Positions 55,137-61,470 of a stretch of DNA of 61,470 bases are shown piece by piece. The DNA comes from Candidatus Aenigmatarchaeota archaeon (lineage in GTDB: Archaea > Aenigmatarchaeota > Aenigmatarchaeia > CG10238-14 > SCSR01), in NCBI GenBank assembly GCA_018304615.1, contig JAGVVV010000003.1, positions 1-61,470 of the forward strand. The letters run 5' to 3'. The stretch's first letter is position 1, and every line of letters begins with the position of its first letter. A program made the position numbers and the translations under genes. The notes below the pieces were generated by a model. It searched no databases. It had not been told where the DNA came from and was given only the letters and a program-made list of their open reading frames with translations.

Positions 55137-56632
55137 GAAAATGCCTGCAAATCTTCCGAAGTCTTCAATTTATCCTGGTTGAAAGAGCTCATCGCGTCTT
55201 CCAGATTTTTAGTTTTCTCAAACTTCTTGCTGCTTCTATTTCTGATATTTACAAGAAGAGGATAATTCACTGCTTCTCCGACAATCAACGCCTCTCCAAC
55301 TTTTAATCCGGGAATCATGTTCAGAACGTCTCTTGTTATTCCCTCGCTGCTTTTTCCTATGTGGTCCAAATCGTAAGGATTGGTAACTCTGAGAATTATA
55401 TGTGTGTTACATTGACTAAGAGCTGTAGTAGAAAGTCTGATCGGTCTCTGGCTGATCAAGACAAGGCACGCGTTGAACTTCCTTCCCTCTCTTGAAATCT
55501 GTTCTATGACGGACCTGGAAATTGCAGATTCCCTTTCTACGCCCTCAGGACAAAATTGATGGGCTTCCTCTACAAATAAAACAAATGGAGATATTTTTCC
55601 ATTCCTTCTCGCATCGAAAAGTTTTCTGGAAATACTTGTCGCAATCAACTGCCTGTCTCTCAAATGGACAAATTCTGAAAGATCGAAAACGGAAATCTGT
55701 CCTGGTTTCGCCAATTCTTCAACAGAAGGAGAATCCACATTGCTGAACAATCCGCTGGAATTCAGTTCCATCAGCCATGAGATCATAGGCTCCTTAGTCG
55801 CAGGTTTAATCTCGCTCGCTTCCACTTCTTGGATTAGTTCTTCCAGATTGTATACATGTTTCTTGGTTCGAATGGTTTGAATTACCTGATTTAATTCTCT
55901 TCGTTGAACAGAACTGAAGTGAGGCATCAATTCCGAAAGCTGGAAGGCAGAAAGGTTGCTCGCGGCAATGCTGATGCTCTTCTCATTGAAAATTTTTGTC
56001 TTGTGTGCGAAATTCTCGTCATGAGAGAATCCTTTATACTCTCCGTGGGGATCTAAGATGACAACAGCCGGTGCTTGATTTCTTTTCAGAATTTCTTCGA
56101 TCAGAACAGATGCAAGATAACTCTTTCCCCCACCTGAGATTGCAAGAATGGCAACATGCTTTTGGAATAATTTGCTCAAATCCAATTTCACATCCATGTC
56201 ATGAGAAGAAATCTTACCTATGTGAATTCCATTTTCATTGAATCCGAGAAAACTGGAAAGAATCTTTTCATCAACATTGAAAACCTTTTCACCAGGCGAA
56301 GGAGGAAAGCTTATTCTCTTCTGACTTCCTTCATTCAAAACTCCCAACGGAACTGATTTTGCGACAAGATACTCCCACCTGTCGACAGGGAAGACATCCA
56401 TCAACGGCTTTCCGGACCTCTCATACTCCCTGACAGATTCAGCCCTCATGAAGTATCTGTTCGTCTTGTAAATCTCAGAAACCCTCGCTACCAATAATCC
56501 TTCTTCTGTATTCAATTGTACGAACTGCCCCTTCCTGACAGGCATCTTACCTTTTTCTTCCTTGATAACGAAGGAGAATTCACTGCTGTTCGGCCCTTCA
56601 ATAGTTGCGATAACAGTTCCGATCTCAGACAT
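55133..56632 (-). CDS. herA: HerA-like helicase/translocase
   Basis: N-terminal HAS barrel, HVAILAISGGGKS, LDPHGEY, VEEAHQF, SREGRKF, ISQRP. Confidence 0.9.
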   Translation of the reverse strand: MSEIGTVIATIEGPNSSEFSFVIKEEKGKMPVRKGQFVQLNTEEGLLVARVSEIYKTNRYFMRAESVREYERSGKPLMDVFPVDRWEYLVAKSVPLGVLNEGSQKRISFPPSPGEKVFNVDEKILSSFLGFNENGIHIGKISSHDMDVKLDLSKLFQKHVAILAISGGGKSYLASVLIEEILKRNQAPAVVILDPHGEYKGFSHDENFAHKTKIFNEKSISIAASNLSAFQLSELMPHFSSVQRRELNQVIQTIRTKKHVYNLEELIQEVEASEIKPATKEPMISWLMELNSSGLFSNVDSPSVEELAKPGQISVFDLSEFVHLRDRQLIATSISRKLFDARRNGKISPFVLFVEEAHQFCPEGVERESAISRSVIEQISREGRKFNACLVLISQRPIRLSTTALSQCNTHIILRVTNPYDLDHIGKSSEGITRDVLNMIPGLKVGEALIVGEAVNYPLLVNIRNRSSKKFEKTKNLEDAMSSFNQDKLKTSEDLQAFS

Positions 56633-56686
56633 ACTTTAACATTTACTGACTAACAAATAAATAGTATTTCCACTTTGGTGAGTGGT

Positions 56687-57445
56687 ATGACAGTAAGATT
56701 CATAACAGACTATCCGGCTGCATTCATCCCAGAGATTAAGACATTGGTAGTGGCAGAACTTCACTTGGGAATAGAATACGATCTTTACAAGTCAGGAATC
56801 TACATAGAAGCCCAGAGAAAGACATTTTTGAAAACCATTGACAAACTTGTTAAGATGACAAAGGCAAAGAAGATTATTTTGCTTGGGGACGTGAAGCACA
56901 AGGTGCCTGGATCTACAATTCGCGAAGATCGGGAAATTCCACTTTTCCTTCAAGAACTGTCAAAGACTCTGAAAGTTATTCTCGTGAAAGGGAATCATGA
57001 CGACAGATTGGAGGAGATAATTCCTTCAGGAATAAAGATGGTCTCTTCGCACGGGATAAAAATCGGAAAGTATGGTTTCTTCCATGGGCATGCTTGGCCT
57101 TCCAAAAAGCTTCTCTCATGCGAATATTTGCTAATGGGTCATATCCATCCGGCTTTGGAATTTGTCGACAAGTTCGGATTCAGATCCATAGAGCAAGTCT
57201 GGGTTAAGGGAAATCTAAATCAGGAAAAAGTGAAAAAGAAGTTTGATATGAAGAAAGTTGGAAAACTGAACTTGGTAATTCTTCCTGTGTTCAACAAGAT
57301 GCTAGGCGGAGTTCCAATCAACAAAATAAAAAGACAAGAACTGATTGGACCCATTCTTTCAAGCGACTTGGTTGATCTGGAGAAATCGAACATCTACCTT
57401 CTCGACGGGACTTACTTGGGAAACCTGAAGAATTCCATGAAGTGA
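56687..57445 (+). CDS. metallophosphoesterase (calcineurin-like, COG1407-like)
   Basis: VAELHLG, LGDVKH, KGNHD, FHGH, MGHIHP. Confidence 0.85.
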   Translation: MTVRFITDYPAAFIPEIKTLVVAELHLGIEYDLYKSGIYIEAQRKTFLKTIDKLVKMTKAKKIILLGDVKHKVPGSTIREDREIPLFLQELSKTLKVILVKGNHDDRLEEIIPSGIKMVSSHGIKIGKYGFFHGHAWPSKKLLSCEYLLMGHIHPALEFVDKFGFRSIEQVWVKGNLNQEKVKKKFDMKKVGKLNLVILPVFNKMLGGVPINKIKRQELIGPILSSDLVDLEKSNIYLLDGTYLGNLKNSMK

Positions 57446-57482
57446 AAATCATTTTAAATAGTTTACTTTTTATTTCAATACC

Positions 57483-57875
57483 ATGAACTCGAGAGTCAAG
57501 AAGGATATCAGAGCATATATACAGAGAGAGCTGACCCAAAGAAGTTCTGTATCTTTTTACACCTGCATAGTTCCTAGATTTTGTGTTAACGGCGTATCAG
57601 TATTAGACGTTGCAGACTATGTTGTTGAACGTGGATGCGGAAGAAGACTTGCAGCTATTGGGGCCTTCTCCCCTAAAGACTCTTCATACGAGTGGTTCAT
57701 CGGCGGGCGGGATAATATTAAGACCTGTGTTGCTGCAATTAAAAGAAAAGGTTTTGAGGTCGATGATGTCTTTATACGAGGAGAGAGATTCGATTATTTC
57801 ACAGGAGAGAAAACCAGCTCTGAGGCTGTCCCAAGTTCAAAAAAAGGAAAATATGATTTATTTAATGAACCTTAG
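57483..57875 (+). CDS. hypothetical protein
   Basis: 130-aa ORF with TATA-like TTTAAATA upstream; no motif recognised. Confidence 0.5.
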   Translation: MNSRVKKDIRAYIQRELTQRSSVSFYTCIVPRFCVNGVSVLDVADYVVERGCGRRLAAIGAFSPKDSSYEWFIGGRDNIKTCVAAIKRKGFEVDDVFIRGERFDYFTGEKTSSEAVPSSKKGKYDLFNEP

Positions 57876-57895
57876 AAGCACGATTTTAATCCTAA

Positions 57896-58900
57896 TTATC
57901 CAGAACTAAAAGCACTCAATATGTTTGATTCGTACCCATCTTTTTTAAACTCACCGTAGTACATTCTGTAGCCATTATCAATTTTTATCACATCCGGATC
58001 AGTTACTAATCCACCAGATGTATTTGGTTCAATCAATTTACCTTCATCTATTACAAAATTAACCCCGTCTGTAGAACTAGCACTCATCACCCATTGTTCA
58101 CCAAATCCAAATTCATCTGCAAAGGTTGTGAAGAAGAGTTTGTATGTACCATCATCTAATAGCACAATATCAAGATCTATTGCAACTTTTCTAAAGAGTT
58201 CTAAATTTGTTTCTTTGGTCCAAGTCAATCCTTCGTCACTTGACAAAGCTGTAGCAGAAGTTGCACCTCTTGTATAGTACATACGTAGCCTACCATCTGG
58301 TAATTTAATAACATCCGGAACAGATGTGAATATCTCACCAGGCTTTCCGTCCCCGTAATCCCAAAATCTCACTCCCCACTCTTTTTCCCACATCTTGGCA
58401 TCAATAGAAACTGCACTGTAAAGTTTTCTATCGGTTTGATATCGTTTTCCCATTTCATCTTCGGCCCATTTACTGCCTTCATAAATCATCCTGTATCTGC
58501 CATCCGATAGTCTAAAAACAGTAGGATTTGTAACCATTTCCTGCTCAGAACCAATAGGACCGTTCTTAACCACGTTTTGTCTATTTGCAAAATTCAAACC
58601 GTCTGTAGATGTAGCTAATTCAATCCCATCCCACGTGTAATACATCCAGTACTCGTCGTCTTTAATAATGGCAGAAGGGCTAACGCCACTAGTTCTTATT
58701 CCCTCTTCTTTGCTCCATTTTATTAGTTTGCCAGTCTGAGCTGTAATGGCTGTAGTAGGTGATGTACTAGTAGAGGTTGTTATAGAAGAAGGTGTGGTGG
58801 TTATTTCATTTGTTGTGACATTAGACTGTTGATAAAAGAAAAAGGCGGCTATTGAGATTATCGCGACGAGTAAAATTATGATTTCAATATTTTTCCCCAT
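57896..58900 (-). CDS. membrane-anchored beta-propeller protein (five-bladed glycoside hydrolase-like repeats)
   Basis: TM + Thr/Ser linker, then repeated P(D/T/S)V...(YW/YR/LR)MY(Y/E) and SxDG blades. Confidence 0.7.
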   Translation of the reverse strand: MGKNIEIIILLVAIISIAAFFFYQQSNVTTNEITTTPSSITTSTSTSPTTAITAQTGKLIKWSKEEGIRTSGVSPSAIIKDDEYWMYYTWDGIELATSTDGLNFANRQNVVKNGPIGSEQEMVTNPTVFRLSDGRYRMIYEGSKWAEDEMGKRYQTDRKLYSAVSIDAKMWEKEWGVRFWDYGDGKPGEIFTSVPDVIKLPDGRLRMYYTRGATSATALSSDEGLTWTKETNLELFRKVAIDLDIVLLDDGTYKLFFTTFADEFGFGEQWVMSASSTDGVNFVIDEGKLIEPNTSGGLVTDPDVIKIDNGYRMYYGEFKKDGYESNILSAFSSG

Positions 58901-59006
58901 GAATCATATTTAGGTTTTTTTAATAATCTATTTGACAGATGGTTAGAGTTTGCTAACCTGCATAGCATAACATCATATTCTAATCTTTAATGTCCATCCT
59001 TTATTC

Positions 59007-59303
59007 ATGGAAGAATACATTAACCGCAGAGGAAGAAAAATATTCTTTCCCAGCTCTGAATGGGACAGGATTGAAAAAGTGAGGGAAGAAATTGGTCCTT
59101 CTGTATATCATCGAACTCTGAAATATCTATTGTCGCCCACTGGCAAATCAGAGCCTTTGGATCAGGATTGCCTTTCAGCATTAAGCAGATCTGGCTGCAT
59201 TCTTCCAGGAGAAAATGGCGGATATGCCATTACATCAACAGGTCTATATTTTTTTCATATCTTAGATGAATTTTTTGTCAGATTCGGGGCTTTGGACGAG
59301 TGA
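59007..59303 (+). CDS. hypothetical protein, possibly winged-helix-like
   Basis: 98-aa ORF with GGYAITSTG wing-like motif. Confidence 0.45.
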   Translation: MEEYINRRGRKIFFPSSEWDRIEKVREEIGPSVYHRTLKYLLSPTGKSEPLDQDCLSALSRSGCILPGENGGYAITSTGLYFFHILDEFFVRFGALDE

Positions 59304-59322
59304 TTCTAGCCTGCCTTAGACG
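59299..59322 (+). repeat. 24-bp imperfect direct repeat, copy 1
   Basis: AGTGATTCTAGCCTGCCTTAGACG; 20/24 identical to 60188-60211. Confidence 0.6.
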
Positions 59323-59383
59323 ATTTGCGTGAGAAATGCGTGTTATTTGGAGGCCCCATAAATCACGCATATTTTACGCATTT
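59323..59383. repeat. imperfect inverted repeat with four TGCGT boxes
   Basis: Arms 59323-59342 and 59364-59383, 15/20 Watson-Crick pairs plus 2 G-T. Confidence 0.65.
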
Positions 59384-59467
59384 GTTCCTGAAGCCATCTC
59401 AGTTTAATCTCACAATTTACAGCTATTTATGTTTAAGAATATTTGTTGATTTCAAACTAGTGATGAA

Positions 59468-60169
59468 ATGACACAAAGAAGAGTAGCGATTCAAAGACCT
59501 ATAGAAGGCCAGAAGTCATTAGATATCGAACTAGCAATCCACTCTTATTCTAATGGAGTAATTGTTGTCAATTATCCAGGTATAACTGGAAACATCGATG
59601 GTTATAATAACAAATATGGTAAATTAGCAGATCTTATCCAAGAAAAAGGTATTGGAACAGTTGTTAGAATGGGTAATGAAGACTTTCCAAACTTGCCTTA
59701 TCCTAAAGGAATGATTGATAATTTCAGATACGTACTTGATTATTGCCTCTCAAATGGTAGAGAACTAAGTGGTAAAAGAGATCCAAAACTTTATCTAATG
59801 GGATTTTCTGCAGGCTCAAGCGTAATCGCTGCGGTTTCTGGCGATTATTTAGCGGTTGAAAAAATACTGTTAATGGCTCCGTCCGGAGATGTTGGTCAAG
59901 ACGCAGTAGAAAGAGGCTTAGCTAAATTCAGAGGAGAAGTTTATGTAGCAGTAGGTGCTGACGACGAAGTTGTTGGAGCTCATGCAGGAAAGATATTCTA
60001 TGATTTGGCTGTTGCTGCTAAATTAAGAAAATTAGAAGTAGTTCCTAGTTGCGATCATCAATTCCGTGGAGAAAGAAACGGAAGAATTATGAGTAAAGCA
60101 CCACTATGGGCTTTTGCAAACGATAGAACATTTCCATCGCCAAATGGTGGAATAAAATTATATGATTGA
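59468..60169 (+). CDS. alpha/beta hydrolase
   Basis: GFSAG nucleophile elbow, GADDEVV Asp, CDHQF His. Confidence 0.85.
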   Translation: MTQRRVAIQRPIEGQKSLDIELAIHSYSNGVIVVNYPGITGNIDGYNNKYGKLADLIQEKGIGTVVRMGNEDFPNLPYPKGMIDNFRYVLDYCLSNGRELSGKRDPKLYLMGFSAGSSVIAAVSGDYLAVEKILLMAPSGDVGQDAVERGLAKFRGEVYVAVGADDEVVGAHAGKIFYDLAVAAKLRKLEVVPSCDHQFRGERNGRIMSKAPLWAFANDRTFPSPNGGIKLYD

Positions 60170-60187
60170 TAAGACGATATATCAAAA

Positions 60188-60211
60188 AGTGATTTTAGCC
60201 CACCTTAGATG
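60188..60211 (+). repeat. 24-bp imperfect direct repeat, copy 2
   Basis: AGTGATTTTAGCCCACCTTAGATG. Confidence 0.6.
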
Positions 60212-60315
60212 TAAATTACAAAAAGTCATCTAGCGAAGAAACAAACATCAATTTATCATTAGATAGAAACAAATGGTTAAGTTTATTGCGTCAAAGTTTA
60301 AAGAACTAATTGATA

Positions 60316-61013
60316 ATGACTAGTGAAAATGAAAGAACGAAGATTGAACTCGAGCACGATTCTTATGTCCAACTTCTGCAAGCTTTAATGTTAGTATTAG
60401 TTACAATTAGTGTTTATTTGCTCGGTCAGGCTCAAAACTCAAAAGATCCTAACACCATCTACTATGCGTTTGCTATTATTTTGGCATTCGGTGGTGGTTT
60501 GCTCTTACTCTTTAATGGAATGATACTTCCATATGTCAGAAGAAAATTGGATTCAATAAAAAGTGTTAGAAGAAAAGGTCAAGCTATACCTTCGGCGATA
60601 ATTGTTATTGTGTTTTTCGCAGCAATATTTTTTGTTCTTGCCAATTTTTCGGCATTGATGACTTTATCACTACCTTTTCTTACGGTCAAGAATTTTTCTT
60701 GAATTTAGTAATTAGTAACCCAACAGGTAGTAATTATACCCCATCATTGAGTTTGTATTTTGATAAAAACTGTGTTTCTTCTGGTATTTTTATGCCCAAT
60801 GCTCCATTTAGTATTGTATCGCCTATTGTTAATCAGAAAAGTGAAAATAATTATGCCTTTAATTTTACAATTTCAAACGGTTGTAATTCAGGAACTTCAA
60901 ATATGAGTCTCACCCTTTTTTACCCGAACCTATCAAGTATTGTAGATTATAAATCAGTTTCTTTCAATATAATCCAAACAAACCCAAACACAACAGGTAC
61001 TTCGCATCCTTAG
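60316..61013 (+). pseudogene. frameshifted membrane protein with an internal pilin-like signal (joins ORFs 60310-60702 and 60699-61013)
   Basis: Second frame is open from 60570; one extra T in the T5 run at 60645-60649 gives ...LANFFGIDDFITTFSYGQEFFLNLVISNPT... Confidence 0.6.
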
Positions 61014-61070
61014 ATTAAATGATAAAAAGGTTTTTTATTATTAATAAGGCTGATAGGAAAATATATAATC

Positions 61071-61470
61071 ATGTCCGATGTAATCATTTTAAAAAAAGAC
61101 GAATCAAAAGAAATCTGGGATAAAAACTATAAAGGAAAATCTTTGAGAATTTTTGTAAGCTATTCTTCAAATGATAGAAAAGTTGTTGGAGAAATCAAGA
61201 ATTCTATAGAGCGCTTTGGCTTATCTGTTTTTTTGGCTCATGAAGATATCATACCATCTTCAGATTGGCAGATAGAAATTATTAAAAATTTAAAGGGTTG
61301 TGATATTTTTTTGCCGTTCCTAACTAATAATTTTATAAGTTCTGATTGGACAGACCAAGAATCTGGAATGGCTGTTGCTTTAGATAAATTTATTCTTCCT
61401 ATAAATGTTGAAACTGTTCCTTATGGTTTTATTAACAGATGGCATGCTTTTAAATTTGATATCTCTAATT
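61071..61470 (+). CDS. TIR-domain protein (partial; runs off the window edge, absent from the ORF track)
   Basis: Hand translation: RIFVSYSSND...VFLAHEDI...WQIEIIKNLKGCDIFLPFLTNNFISSDWTDQESGMA. Confidence 0.88.
   Translation, partial: MSDVIILKKDESKEIWDKNYKGKSLRIFVSYSSNDRKVVGEIKNSIERFGLSVFLAHEDIIPSSDWQIEIIKNLKGCDIFLPFLTNNFISSDWTDQESGMAVALDKFILPINVETVPYGFINRWHAFKFDISN

Noticed and set aside
322-57909. Numerous 60-240 aa antisense or alternate-frame ORFs in the track (e.g. 3417-3968, 5087-5776, 11590-12153, 30322-30903, 53228-53950)
   Set aside because: They lie within confidently identified genes, show Ser/Phe-rich shadow composition and carry no motifs
58940-59390. Integron attC sites (GTTAG...CTAAC at ~58941-58956 and the hairpin at 59323-59383)
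   Set aside because: The first is only a 5-bp stem; the second lacks the RYYYAAC/GTTRRRY boxes; no integron integrase is seen

Overview
Archaeal chromosome segment. The gene content suggests a DPANN lineage such as Aenigmatarchaeota, which is an inference. The housekeeping backbone is pus10-rpl21e-rpoF-DUF655, srp54, ftsY, pfdA, cdc6, alaX, class I LysRS, thermosome, a type IV pilus locus, aCPSF1, psmB, proS, mre11-rad50 and herA. Accessory blocks interrupt it. The main finding is a His-Xaa-Ser (Hxs) radical-SAM peptide-modification cluster at about 16.0-24.3 kb. Its precursor peptide gene (20058-21365, minus strand) carries two tandem, ~80% identical Hint (BIL-like) domains, each ending in His-Asn followed by Ile. 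These would cut the precursor into a 76-aa HxS peptide, a 12-aa spacer and a 23-aa Ser/Thr-rich tail. Other notable items are a tRNA-Val(UAC) whose 34/35 intron makes it look like tRNA-Glu, a two-intron tRNA-Ile(UAU), and a toxin-antitoxin pair inside an 894-bp duplication of a glycosyltransferase 3' end. There is also an M23 peptidase, a Cys-repeat surface protein, a frameshifted pilin-like gene and a TIR-domain gene running off the window edge. No CRISPR array, rRNA, integrase or transposase was recognised. All family assignments come from motif recognition by eye; no database searches were run.
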